The notes under the pieces: generated by a model | Databases searched by the model: none | The model's input: the letters and a program-made list of their open reading frames with translations, nothing else | What the model was told of the DNA's origin: nothing | Shown: one piece after another, positions 16,721 through 30,316 of the stretch | Layout of the letters: every line of letters begins with the position of its first letter | Numbering within the stretch: the stretch's first letter is position 1 | Position numbers and translations under genes: made by a program | Source: Deltaproteobacteria bacterium | GTDB taxonomy: Bacteria; Desulfobacterota; Binatia; UBA9968 | DNA length: 54,436 nucleotides | NCBI GenBank assembly: GCA_016180805.1 | Contig: JACPAM010000112.1 | Location: 1 to 54,436, forward strand | Direction of reading: 5' to 3'

Positions 16721-17436
16721 GACCGGCCAGCCCGGTTGAGAACGCCACCTCGGTAATCTTATTTCGGCCCGTCAAGGACGGCAGCTTCGAGGTCGTCCTC
16801 GGCCGGCCGGCCCCGGGTGAAGGAGCCATAGGCGGCGCTTACACCTTTCCGCGACGGGTGATTACGAAGGAGGACTTTGCAGAGGGTACCCTGCGGCGGA
16901 GTTGGGGGGTGTCCCGAGACGAGGCACAGAAAATTCTCGGCGCGGAGCTGCGGCCTGCCCTTGCCCTGGGCCACTGGGTGGCGGGTGTGAGAGCCCTCTT
17001 TGAAGGGCTGGGTTTTTTTCTCTGCGTTACCGAGAGTGGGAACCCCTCGCCATGGGAGGAGCGAAGGGCAAACCTGCTGGCAAGACGGGAGGAGCTGGTT
17101 CGAGGAGAAATAAGTTTTCGCTCGATGTTGGAGACCGAGGGGCTTTTTTGTGATCTAAGTCCATTACGTTATTTTTCGCATTGGTTGGAGACCATGGATA
17201 CTTCGACTCCCGCTCACGTGCGCTATTTTCTGGCCCGGCTTCCGCCCCATCAAGACCTTCTAGAGGTTGTCCGATCCTTCGGAGATTGTCGATGGATCAG
17301 CCCGGACCGCGCTCTTGCGGAGCATCAACGGAGCGGGCTTCCGCTTACGTTTTCCGCTTTCGCCTCGCTCAGAGCGCTCGCTGATTTCGACTCATGGCAA
17401 AGCCTTTGTGCCGAATACGGGGTCAATCTTACCTAG
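16717..17436 (+). CDS. hypothetical protein
   Basis: The ATG at 16717 overlaps the upstream stop (ATGA). Codon usage looks coding, but no family was recognised. Confidence 0.5.
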   Translation: MRPASPVENATSVILFRPVKDGSFEVVLGRPAPGEGAIGGAYTFPRRVITKEDFAEGTLRRSWGVSRDEAQKILGAELRPALALGHWVAGVRALFEGLGFFLCVTESGNPSPWEERRANLLARREELVRGEISFRSMLETEGLFCDLSPLRYFSHWLETMDTSTPAHVRYFLARLPPHQDLLEVVRSFGDCRWISPDRALAEHQRSGLPLTFSAFASLRALADFDSWQSLCAEYGVNLT

Positions 17437-17449
17437 AAATGGATCATCT

Positions 17450-17680
17450 TCACGGCTTTCGCTTCAGGATCTCTTCGAGCTGTTTTCGCTCCTCTTCGTA
17501 AATCTGCTCCCCCCCGGGGCGTTGATCGGTTCCCGGGGCGGTCTTCACTCCTTCGGGCCACAACAGCTCCCTGAGGTTCGGCCACAACAGCCAGAGCAGA
17601 AAAGCGAGCAACCAAACGATGAAGACGGCGGCGATGGATAGTCCGATAAGGGCAAACCAACCTCTTTTTCTGCGCTTCAT
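17450..17680 (-). CDS. small membrane protein
   Basis: MKRRKRGWFALIGLSIAAVFIVWLLAFLLWLLW is followed by a charged tail. Confidence 0.4.
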   Translation of the reverse strand: MKRRKRGWFALIGLSIAAVFIVWLLAFLLWLLWPNLRELLWPEGVKTAPGTDQRPGGEQIYEEERKQLEEILKRKP

Positions 17681-17716
17681 TAACGGCGCCTGGGAGGAGA
17701 CTAGGAGGACGGATGT

Positions 17717-18667
17717 TCAGTATTCGGGTTTGAAATCGAAAAAGTGGGTTGCGTTGATGACGCGGATCGTCCGGGTCTTGGAGCGCATGACGATCGACTG
17801 GGTTGTCGCCCCGCCGGCGAAGAAATGCACACCCCGTAGATAATCGCCGTCGGTCACTCCCGTCGCGGCGAACATGACCTCGCCTCCGGCGAGCTCTTCG
17901 ATGCCGAACTTTTTGTCGATATCCCTGATTCCCATCGCCTGGGCGCGGTCGATCTCCTCGTGGTTTCTTGGCTTCAGACGCCCCTGCATGTCGCCCCCGA
18001 CGCAACGCAGCGCGGCCGCTGCCAGCACGCCCTCCGGAGCCCCGCCGATGCCCAGCAGGATATCGATTCCGGTCTCCGGCTTGGTGGTCGCGATCGCCGC
18101 GGACACATCCCCGTCGCTGATCAGCTTGATCCGCGCCCCGGCCTGCCGGACTTCCTTGATTAGCGCTTCATGGCGCGGGCGGTAGAGGATGATCACGGTC
18201 AGATCTTCAATGTGTGTCCCCTTGGCCTCGGCAAGCGCCATGAGGTTTTCCGTCGGGCTTTTGTCCAGGTCAACGACCCCCTTCCCCGAAGGACCCACGG
18301 CAATCTTGTCCATGTACGTGTCCGGGCTGTGGAGAAAATTGCCGCGCTCGCCGATAGCGATGACGGACAAGGCATTGGGGGCCCCGTTGGCACAGATCGT
18401 GGTTCCTTCCAAGGGATCCAGCGCGATATCCACCTCAGGCCCGCCGCACCCTACCCTCTCCCCGATGTAGAGCATCGGAGCCTCGTCCCTCTCCCCTTCC
18501 CCGATGACCACGGTGCCGCTGATCGGGACGGCATTGAACGCCTTGCGCATCGCATCGACCGCCGCCTGATCCGCGGCTCGCTCATCTCCCCTCCCCATAA
18601 AGCGTGCGCTCGACAAGGCCGCCGCCTCCGTGATGCGGACAACTTCCAAAGCTAGGTTTCGATCCAC
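17717..18667 (-). CDS. glpX: class II fructose-1,6-bisphosphatase GlpX
   Basis: DRNLALEVVRITEAAALSSARFMGRGD ... DIALDPLEGT ... GGAPEGV. A GTG start at 18667 follows AGGAGGG. The long upstream extension in the ORF track is not homologous. Confidence 0.9.
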   Translation of the reverse strand: MDRNLALEVVRITEAAALSSARFMGRGDERAADQAAVDAMRKAFNAVPISGTVVIGEGERDEAPMLYIGERVGCGGPEVDIALDPLEGTTICANGAPNALSVIAIGERGNFLHSPDTYMDKIAVGPSGKGVVDLDKSPTENLMALAEAKGTHIEDLTVIILYRPRHEALIKEVRQAGARIKLISDGDVSAAIATTKPETGIDILLGIGGAPEGVLAAAALRCVGGDMQGRLKPRNHEEIDRAQAMGIRDIDKKFGIEELAGGEVMFAATGVTDGDYLRGVHFFAGGATTQSIVMRSKTRTIRVINATHFFDFKPEY

Positions 18668-19872
18668 GGTTTCGTCCCTCCTATCAGGGCATCTATCAGG
18701 GTATGCGCCTGATTGACAACAATCCCGGTTTTTTTTGCGTCGCGTTCGTTGTAGCGAAGCGGTTTCGCGGTATTTCTCTGGCGTGAAGAAAAGAGCACGA
18801 AGGGCACCGCGTCGGCAACATGGGTTTTGACCGCAATCGGGGTCGGATGGTCGGGCATGAGGAGCAATCTCCATCCCTCCCACCGATCCATGCCGCGCAG
18901 GATCGTTCCCACGACTTTTTCGTCGACATCCTCTATGGCCCTGATCTTTTTCGCCGCGTCCCCCATGTGTCCGGCTTCGTCGGGAGCCTCGACGTGGATA
19001 AAGACGAGATCTTTTTCATCGAGCGCGCGCACGCCGTACTCTCCCTTTCCCCGATAGTTCGTATCGAAGTAACCGGTGATCCCCGGAACCTCAATCCGCT
19101 CCAGCCCGGCATAGACGCCCAGCCCGTTGATGATATCCACGGCGGAGATGACGGCCCCGCTGATGCCGAACCGCTCCTTGAGCGTCGGCAGCTTTGGAGC
19201 CTTGCCCTGGCCCCAGAGCCAGATCGAGGTGGCTTTTTTCTCGCCTCTTTCACAGCGCTTGCGATTTACCGGGTGATGGGTGAGGAGCTCCTTAGATCGC
19301 TGCATCAGCCGGAGAAGCGTCTCAGCGCCCGGACCCTCCGGCAAATAGCCGTCGACTCGACGATCGGTGATATCGTGCGGCGGCGTGGTTGCCATTTTTT
19401 CCTCTCCGCCGCGCCAGACCATCAGATGGCGGTAACTGACGCCCGGATGGAACTCGATACCATCGCCGCCGAGCTTTTGGTTGAGATCGTGGACGATTTC
19501 TGCGGCTTCCGCGCTGGAGATGTGCCCCGCAGTGAAATCTTCCATCACCACCCCGCTTCCTTCCTCACGCAGCGTGACGAGGTTGCAGCGAAACGCGATA
19601 TCCCTGTCGCCCAACGCGACGCCCATGCTTGCCGCCTCCAGCGGGGAGCGGCCCGTATGGTAAAGCGCCGGGTCGTAGCCGAGAATGCTCATGTTGCCGA
19701 CATCGCTTCCGGGCGGGAACCCGGGAGGGATCGTGTGCGCCAGTCCGAAGGTTCCGCGTGCGGCGAGCCAATCCATGTTGGGCGTGGCCGACGCCTCGAG
19801 TGGGGTTTTCCCGCCGAGCTCCTCCACGGGATAGTCGGCCATCCCGTCCCCTTGCACGATGACGTACTTCAT
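18652..19872 (-). CDS. cofactor-independent phosphoglycerate mutase family protein (archaeal ApgM type); proposed homoserine kinase by context
   Basis: MKYVIVQGDGMADYPVEELGGKTPLE ... PGSDVGNMSILGYDP ... FIHVEAPDEAGH. It is embedded between thrC and glpX. Confidence 0.85.
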   Translation of the reverse strand: MKYVIVQGDGMADYPVEELGGKTPLEASATPNMDWLAARGTFGLAHTIPPGFPPGSDVGNMSILGYDPALYHTGRSPLEAASMGVALGDRDIAFRCNLVTLREEGSGVVMEDFTAGHISSAEAAEIVHDLNQKLGGDGIEFHPGVSYRHLMVWRGGEEKMATTPPHDITDRRVDGYLPEGPGAETLLRLMQRSKELLTHHPVNRKRCERGEKKATSIWLWGQGKAPKLPTLKERFGISGAVISAVDIINGLGVYAGLERIEVPGITGYFDTNYRGKGEYGVRALDEKDLVFIHVEAPDEAGHMGDAAKKIRAIEDVDEKVVGTILRGMDRWEGWRLLLMPDHPTPIAVKTHVADAVPFVLFSSRQRNTAKPLRYNERDAKKTGIVVNQAHTLIDALIGGTKPWIET

Positions 19873-21008
19873 TTCTTCTCGGCTTGCCTGAGAATCGCGG
19901 CGAGGGATTCGATCTCAGGCGCGATTCGTATCGGTTGGCCCGATTGGTCAATGGCCGTGTCCGGGTCTTTCAAACCATGCCCGGTAAGCGTACAAACCAC
20001 CACGTCGCCCTTGCGGAAAAGGCCTTCCCGGTTTTTCTTGATCACCCCGGCCACCGAAACGGCCGAGGCGGGCTCGGCTAAGATCCCTTCAGCGGTCGCC
20101 AACAGTTTATAGGCGTCGAGGATCTCCTCGTCGCTGACCGCTTCGATCGCGCCCTTGGATTCGTCGCGCGCGGTGAGCGCCCCCTGCCAGCTTGCCGGAT
20201 TACCGATGCGGATGGCGCTCGCGATCGTCTCCGGCTGTTCCACGACCCTGCCCAGGACGATCGGCGCGGCGCCGGCAGCCTGAAAACCCATCATGCGAGG
20301 CAGCGCAGGAATTCTGCCGAGCAGCGAGTACTCCTTGTACCCTTTCCAGTAGGCCGTGATGTTGCCAGCGTTGCCCACCGGCAGAAAGTGATAATACGGC
20401 GCCTCGCCCAAAACGTCACAGACCTCGAAGGCAGCCGTCTTCTGGCCTTCGATCCGATAAGGATTGAGCGAGTTGACGAGCGTGATGGGAAAATGGCGGG
20501 TGGCCTCCTGCACCAGCTTCAAGGCGGTGTCGAAGTTTCCTTCGATCTCGATGACCCTGGCGCCGTGGATCATCGCCTGGCTGAGCTTGCCCCGGGAAAT
20601 TCTCCCCTGCGGTATCAGGACATAGGCGTCAAGCCCGGCCCGAGCGGCGTAGGCAGCCGCGGAAGCGGACGTGTTCCCCGTTGACGCGCAGATGACGGCC
20701 TTACTCCCCTCCTCCACCGCCTTGCTCATCGCTACGGTCATCCCCCGGTCCTTGAAAGAGCAGGTCGGGTTGAGCCCTTCGAGTTTGAGATAGAGCTCGA
20801 TGTCGGAATTGACCATGCGCTGGAGGTTCCGGCACCGAACCAGGGGTGTGTTGCCTTCATGCAGGGTGACGATGCTCTCTTCCCGCTTTACCGGCAGGAG
20901 GTCCCAATAGTGTCGAATCAGCCCGGGCCACGCGTGAAGAGGGAGCCGGTCGGTAGCTTCGGCGGAGCTTAAGGTTTTCGGCCCTTTCGTTTTCACCCGG
21001 TACCCCAT
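19869..21008 (-). CDS. thrC: threonine synthase ThrC
   Basis: LHEGNTPLV ... NPTCSFKDRGMTVAMS (PLP lysine) ... STGNTSASAAAY. The start was placed at ATG 21008, and the upstream 150 codons of the ORF overlap hom. Confidence 0.9.
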   Translation of the reverse strand: MGYRVKTKGPKTLSSAEATDRLPLHAWPGLIRHYWDLLPVKREESIVTLHEGNTPLVRCRNLQRMVNSDIELYLKLEGLNPTCSFKDRGMTVAMSKAVEEGSKAVICASTGNTSASAAAYAARAGLDAYVLIPQGRISRGKLSQAMIHGARVIEIEGNFDTALKLVQEATRHFPITLVNSLNPYRIEGQKTAAFEVCDVLGEAPYYHFLPVGNAGNITAYWKGYKEYSLLGRIPALPRMMGFQAAGAAPIVLGRVVEQPETIASAIRIGNPASWQGALTARDESKGAIEAVSDEEILDAYKLLATAEGILAEPASAVSVAGVIKKNREGLFRKGDVVVCTLTGHGLKDPDTAIDQSGQPIRIAPEIESLAAILRQAEKK

Positions 21009-22414
21009 ATGGGAAGCCACACGGGCTCCACAAGGATGTAGTCTTTGCGGCGGATGGCCGCCAAAGCGGCTGTCATCTGTCCCACTGTGGCGCGCTCCAG
21101 CGTGATCACAAACGGCAGGATCTCTCGCGGTTTCACATCGAGGCGATAGCTCCGATGGAGATTTTCCAACTCCTCCTGGCTGTGGCCGAGCTGCCAGATC
21201 TCCGAGACGTTGATACCCGCTTGCCCGAAAGCCTGGCAGATGTCGGCGACGATCCCCACCCGGTCTTTGACCACGAAACGGACGTAAAAACAAGCGCTGA
21301 TTCGCGCTTGCGACTGTACCGCAAGCGTTCCTGGCGCCACGAGACTGGGGAACCCCGCTCCATGTTCTCTCGCTCCGCGCGCGAGCTCCCACACATCGCC
21401 CATGACGGCCACGGCGGTCGGCCCGCCTCCAGCGCCGGGGCCGACAAAGGCATAGTTCCAACCGCGAATTTCACTTTTGTCCTCTCGGTCGCCGGCCGCG
21501 CTTTTTTGGCCTTTGAACAAGATCGCGTTGGTCGCGCCGTCGATCGCGGCGAGAAAGTGGTCATGGGGTACGAGCGCCGGCGCGACGAGAGCCTCGACTG
21601 TACTTCCGTCGCTGCGGGCCACGGCGAGCGGCTTGATCGTCGAGCGTCCCTTGCGGGAGGCGTACAGAAAATCCACCGGATGAATCTCTTCTATGCCCTT
21701 GCGCCATACACCGCCCGGACTCATGTGGAGGCCAAACGTGACCCCGGCCAGAAGCATGAGCTTGGCCTCGGCGTCGAGCCCGCTTACGTCGGACTTCGGG
21801 TTGGTCTCGGCGTATCCTCGCTCCTGCGCCTCCCGAAGCGCCTGGGCGTAGGACTTCCCATATTTGTCCATCTCGGAAAGGATGTAATTGCTCGTCCCGT
21901 TGATGATGCCGTAGATCGCCTCGGGGGTCTCGGCGGCGAAGCTCTGCGTAAGGGCGCGGATGATCGGGATGCCGCCGCCCACGCAAGCCTCAAACCTGAT
22001 CTCTTGACCCGAGCGCGCCGCGGCCTCCCAGATCTCTTGGCCAAATCTCGCCAAAACCGCCTTGTCCGAGGTGACCACCGACTTGCCGTTGCCGAGCGCG
22101 CGAATGATGTAGCCCTTGAAGGTAGCTAAGTCCCGCTCGTCCTCGGAGCCGAGCGCCTCAATGATGATGTCGGCCTCGGGATGATCGATGACCTCGGTTG
22201 GGTTTGTGGTAAACAACTCACGGTGAGTCGTATACCATTTTTTCTTCTTCGGATGACCGGTGTCCGGGCGGCGCGTGTAGATCTTGGCGATTTTCAGCCT
22301 GAGACCTGGCTCTTTTCTGTTACCGGCGGCGAAGACGAGATCCTGAATCGCTTCACCAACGGTTCCCGAGCCCAGCAGCCCGAGCCCGACTATGAAATCT
22401 TTTGCCTTTGCCAC
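20993..22414 (-). CDS. hom: homoserine dehydrogenase
   Basis: VGLGLLGSGTVG ... VVTSDKAVLA ... FEACVGGGIPII ... GIINGTSNYILS. The C-terminus is an ACT-like domain. Confidence 0.92.
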   Translation of the reverse strand: MAKAKDFIVGLGLLGSGTVGEAIQDLVFAAGNRKEPGLRLKIAKIYTRRPDTGHPKKKKWYTTHRELFTTNPTEVIDHPEADIIIEALGSEDERDLATFKGYIIRALGNGKSVVTSDKAVLARFGQEIWEAAARSGQEIRFEACVGGGIPIIRALTQSFAAETPEAIYGIINGTSNYILSEMDKYGKSYAQALREAQERGYAETNPKSDVSGLDAEAKLMLLAGVTFGLHMSPGGVWRKGIEEIHPVDFLYASRKGRSTIKPLAVARSDGSTVEALVAPALVPHDHFLAAIDGATNAILFKGQKSAAGDREDKSEIRGWNYAFVGPGAGGGPTAVAVMGDVWELARGAREHGAGFPSLVAPGTLAVQSQARISACFYVRFVVKDRVGIVADICQAFGQAGINVSEIWQLGHSQEELENLHRSYRLDVKPREILPFVITLERATVGQMTAALAAIRRKDYILVEPVWLPIWGTG

Positions 22415-22455
22415 GCTGTCCCCACAAAAGCCAGAATGATCAGAGTGTTTTTCGA

Positions 22456-23634
22456 TCAGTCTAAAAGCCTGCCCAGGGCCCGGCGGATGGTCCGTACAGC
22501 CTGCCGCGTGCGGTGCTCATTTTCGATGAGGGCAAAGCGAACGAAGGGATCTCCGTACTGGCCGAATCCGATACCAGGGGAGACAGCCACTTTTGCTTCC
22601 TTCAAGAGGAATTTGGAGAATTCCACCGAGCCCATCTGCTTGCACGGCTCGGGGATTTCTGCCCAAACGAACATCGTCCCCTTGGGCTTTTTGATCTGCC
22701 AGCCGATCCGGGCTAAGCCATCCACCAATGTGTCCCGGCGTTTGCGGTAGGTTTCGCGTATGACCTCGACGCATTCTTGCGGGCCATTCAATGCATGGAT
22801 GGCCGCGATCTGGACCGGCTGAAAGATTCCATAGTCGAGATAGCTCTTGAGCCTGGCCAGCGCATGCACCAGCTCCCGGTTGCCGACGCCGAAGCCTACC
22901 CTCCACCCGGGCATGTTGTAGCTTTTCGATAGCGAGAAGAACTCGATCCCGAGGTCTTTGGCTCCGGGCACTTGCAAGAGGCTCGGCGGCTCGTATCCGT
23001 CGAACGTGATATCCGCGTAAGCCAGGTCGTGAATGATCAAAAGCTCGTGCTCCTGGGCGAAGCGGACCACCCGCCGCAAGAAGTCCAAATCCACCACTTC
23101 CGTAGTGGGGTTATGGGGGAAGCTGATGATGAGCAGCTTGGGCTTGGGCCAGGTCTGCTTGATCGCTTCCTCCAGATGGGCGAGAAAACCCTCGCTCGAC
23201 AGCATGGGAACACTGCGCAGGTCGCCGCCGGCAAGGATCACGGAGTACTGGTGGATCGGGTACGTGGGACTCGGGCAAAATACGACATCTCCCGGGTCTA
23301 CAATGGCCCAGACCAGATGCCCCAATCCCTCCTTGGCTCCGATGGTGACGATGGCTTCGGTCTCGGGATCGATGTCGACTCCAAAACGCCTTCTGTACCA
23401 ATCCGCGATAGCAACCCGGAGCTTATAGATGCCGCGCGAAACGGAGTAGCGGTGGTTGTGGGGCTTTTTCACCGCCTCGATGAGCTTGGCGACGACATGG
23501 GGCGGACTGGGGTTGTCCGGATTGCCCATGCCGAAGTCCACGATATCCTCCCCTTTCCGCCTCGCCTCCAGCTTTAAGCTGTCGATGATGTTGAACACAT
23601 AAGGCGGGAGCCTCTTAATACGTTGAAATTCCAC
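22456..23634 (-). CDS. class I/II PLP-dependent aminotransferase (AlaC/AspC-like)
   Basis: [33 protein letters not shown] ... YSVSRGI ... [18 protein letters not shown] start follows AAGAGGTG. Confidence 0.9.
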   Translation of the reverse strand: MEFQRIKRLPPYVFNIIDSLKLEARRKGEDIVDFGMGNPDNPSPPHVVAKLIEAVKKPHNHRYSVSRGIYKLRVAIADWYRRRFGVDIDPETEAIVTIGAKEGLGHLVWAIVDPGDVVFCPSPTYPIHQYSVILAGGDLRSVPMLSSEGFLAHLEEAIKQTWPKPKLLIISFPHNPTTEVVDLDFLRRVVRFAQEHELLIIHDLAYADITFDGYEPPSLLQVPGAKDLGIEFFSLSKSYNMPGWRVGFGVGNRELVHALARLKSYLDYGIFQPVQIAAIHALNGPQECVEVIRETYRKRRDTLVDGLARIGWQIKKPKGTMFVWAEIPEPCKQMGSVEFSKFLLKEAKVAVSPGIGFGQYGDPFVRFALIENEHRTRQAVRTIRRALGRLLD

Positions 23635-23679
23635 GCTATTGCACCTCTTATTTAGCTTTCGGCGCCTAGCTGTCAGCGG

Positions 23680-23794
23680 AAAAAAAGCGATAGGCGGGAG
23701 GCTGGAGTTCCGGATCTACTGCCTGTTGCCTACTGCCTAGTGCCTGAAGCCTAAGTGCCCAATATTTTATAAGCTATCCGCTTTTTCTGTGCAA
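23680..23794 (-). promoter_or_regulatory. promoter plus leader with six heptad NAG repeats and a U7 tract, upstream of the aminotransferase-hom-thrC operon
   Basis: On the minus strand: TTGCAC, a 17-nt spacer, then TATAAA. Next comes GCACUUAG GCUUCAG GCACUAG GCAGUAG GCAACAG GCAGUAG (23716-23757). Then GCCUAUCGC UUUUUUU (23680-23695). Confidence 0.45.
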
Positions 23795-23870
23795 ACGATG
23801 GGCCAGTAACGAGGACTGAGCGCTGAGGGACGAGTGCAGATTTTCCTGTACTCGGAGCCATTGCTCAGTA

Positions 23871-26048
23871 CTAGCCGATCGCTCCGAGCTCCAAGCGGTC
23901 ATCCCAGCGGTGGAGCAAGACTTGCCCCATGGCGCGGGATTCGGGCCGGGACAAGTTCGAATCATCGGCCAGCCACGCCGTCGCCTCGCTGCGCGCTTCC
24001 AGGAGCAGGTGGGCATCCCGGGCAACATCGGCCAAACGAAAGTCGGGCAGACCGGACTGGCGCGTGCCCAAAAGCTCCCCCGGGCCGCGAATCTCAAGGT
24101 CCGCTTCGGCAATTTTAAAGCCGTCATGCTCCTTCTCCATGACCCGCAGCCGCGACCGGGCCTCCCGGCTACCAGCCTCATAGTGCACGAGAAGGCATTG
24201 CGCGGGCGCCTGGCCCCTACCGACCCGCCCGCGCAGTTGATGGAGCTGGGAAAGCCCGAAGCGCTCCGCGTGCTCGATGACCATCACCGTGGCATTGGAG
24301 ATATCGATTCCCACCTCGATGACCGTCGTGGCTACGAGAATCTGCAGGGCCCCTTCTTTGAAGCGGCGCATGACAGCGTCGCGCTCCTCCGCGCTCATGC
24401 GGCCGTGGATCAAGCCGACTTGAAACTCTCTAAAGACGCCGAGCCGGAGCTCCTCTGCCATCCGAGTAGCATCGTGGAGGTTGAGTCGTTCGGACGCCTC
24501 GACGAGAGGATAGACGATATAGGCCTGATGTCCCTTTTGGATCTCCGTACGAACGCGCTCGTAGACTGCTGGCCGTTCCCTCTCGCCGCAGAGTTTCGTC
24601 TCGACCGGGGTCCGGCCCGGCGGCATCTCGTCGAGGAAGGAGATCTCCAGGTCACCGAAAAGCACCATGGCGAGGCTTCTCGGGATCGGGGTTGCGCTCA
24701 TAAGGAGGATGTCGGGCTGCGGCAGCGTCGGCGCCGCGGCGGAGTGCCAATGCACCAGCCGCTGGAGCGCCCTGCGCTGAACGACGCCAAAGCGGTGCTG
24801 CTCATCGATGATACCGAGGCCCATGCGTGGAACCCAAACGCCTTCCTGGATCAGTGCGTGCGTTCCGACAATGAACGATGTCATGCCTGTCCGGATTCCT
24901 TCCGTAACTTCTTTCTTGGTTGCTTCCGGAAGCGAGCCGGTGAGAAGCGCGGCGGGAATCTTGAGGGCCCCGGCAAAACCCTTGAGGTTGCGGAAGTGCT
25001 GCTCCGCCAATAGCTCGGTGGGCGCCATCCACAGGGCTTGGAATCCGCTCTCGATCGCTCTCAGCGCGGCGAGCCACGCCACGATCGTCTTTCCCGATCC
25101 GACATCCCCTTGGACGAGCCGCTGCATGGGGCACGGCGACGCCATGTCCCGGTAGATTTCGCCGACCACGCGCTCTTGCGCTCCCGTCAGCGTAAACGGC
25201 AGCAGCCCGCGCATCTGGCGGGTCAGTTGCGCCTCGGCCGACGAGAACGCAATGCCTTCCAGGGCGGCCCGGTGTTTTCGCCTGAGTCCGAGTCCGAGCT
25301 GCAGATAGAAAAACTCGTCGAAGACAATGGCGCGGTGCGCAGGCGAGGAAAAGCGGTTGAGGGAGGCGAGATCCGCGGCCTTGTCGGGCTGATGCACTTG
25401 CTTCATCGCCTGATTCAGATCCATGAGCCCTTGGCGGCGCGTAAGGCTTTCGGGTAAAAAGCTCGGCAAGGAGGGTGCGTAATCGGCTAAGGCTTGAGCC
25501 AGCCAGCGGCGCATGGTCCTGAGCGGAAGTCCTCCCGGTCTTAGGTAAACCGGCAGGATCTTCTCTGTGTCTGTCTCTTCCCCAGCCTCGATGGGCTCGA
25601 AGTCCGGGTGGACGATGCGCTTTTGTCCCCCCAAGCCCCACTCGACTCGACCGTGGACAAGCAAAGCCTGCCCGCGGCTGAGCGTGTTCGCCATGTAGGG
25701 CGGGACATTGTACCACACCAAGCCGAGCATTCCCGTCCCATCGGACAGGGTCCCGAGCAAAATGTGGCGTCTCTTTCGCGGGATGAACTTTTTCTGCACG
25801 AAAACGAGCGTTCCCGCAAAGCTCTCATCCTCGCCCACGGATGCCAGGTGAATTTTTTTAACTCGGCGGCGGTCCTCGTAGCGGAAGGGCAGATGATAGA
25901 GGAGATTTTCGACGGTCTTAAGTCCCAGCGTCTCCAGTAGGGCCGCTCTCTTCGGCCCTACACCTTTGAGGAAGCGCAGCGGCGTAGAGAGAGCTTTCAG
26001 GCACTCCTTGGGCGGAGCGCATGCGCTTACATACGCATGGTTAGCCAT
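23871..26048 (-). CDS. recG: ATP-dependent DNA helicase RecG
   Basis: LRFLKGVGPKRAALLETLGLKTVENLLYHLPFRYEDRR, GDVGSGKT, and DEQHRFGV. Confidence 0.95.
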   Translation of the reverse strand: MANHAYVSACAPPKECLKALSTPLRFLKGVGPKRAALLETLGLKTVENLLYHLPFRYEDRRRVKKIHLASVGEDESFAGTLVFVQKKFIPRKRRHILLGTLSDGTGMLGLVWYNVPPYMANTLSRGQALLVHGRVEWGLGGQKRIVHPDFEPIEAGEETDTEKILPVYLRPGGLPLRTMRRWLAQALADYAPSLPSFLPESLTRRQGLMDLNQAMKQVHQPDKAADLASLNRFSSPAHRAIVFDEFFYLQLGLGLRRKHRAALEGIAFSSAEAQLTRQMRGLLPFTLTGAQERVVGEIYRDMASPCPMQRLVQGDVGSGKTIVAWLAALRAIESGFQALWMAPTELLAEQHFRNLKGFAGALKIPAALLTGSLPEATKKEVTEGIRTGMTSFIVGTHALIQEGVWVPRMGLGIIDEQHRFGVVQRRALQRLVHWHSAAAPTLPQPDILLMSATPIPRSLAMVLFGDLEISFLDEMPPGRTPVETKLCGERERPAVYERVRTEIQKGHQAYIVYPLVEASERLNLHDATRMAEELRLGVFREFQVGLIHGRMSAEERDAVMRRFKEGALQILVATTVIEVGIDISNATVMVIEHAERFGLSQLHQLRGRVGRGQAPAQCLLVHYEAGSREARSRLRVMEKEHDGFKIAEADLEIRGPGELLGTRQSGLPDFRLADVARDAHLLLEARSEATAWLADDSNLSRPESRAMGQVLLHRWDDRLELGAIG

Positions 26049-26077
26049 GATTCGCTGGCTGCGGCTGGCGATCGGTC

Positions 26078-30310
<4,233 letters not shown>

Positions 30311-30316
30311 TAGCTC

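Noticed and set aside
18820-20112. 430-aa plus-strand ORF
   Set aside because: It is antisense to the apgM-like gene and thrC, both of which have strong family motifs.
21009-21461. N-terminal extensions of ORFs in the track: thrC to 21461, miaB to 13570, glpX to 18883, and the SDR to 39564
   Set aside because: The extensions overlap the upstream gene, are Arg/Gly-rich, and lie upstream of family-typical N-termini that have their own start codons.
21155-22129. 324-aa plus-strand ORF
   Set aside because: It is antisense to hom and has no motifs.
23910-25013. 367-aa plus-strand ORF, plus other long alternative-frame ORFs inside recG
   Set aside because: They are antisense or out of frame relative to recG, whose helicase motifs are unambiguous.
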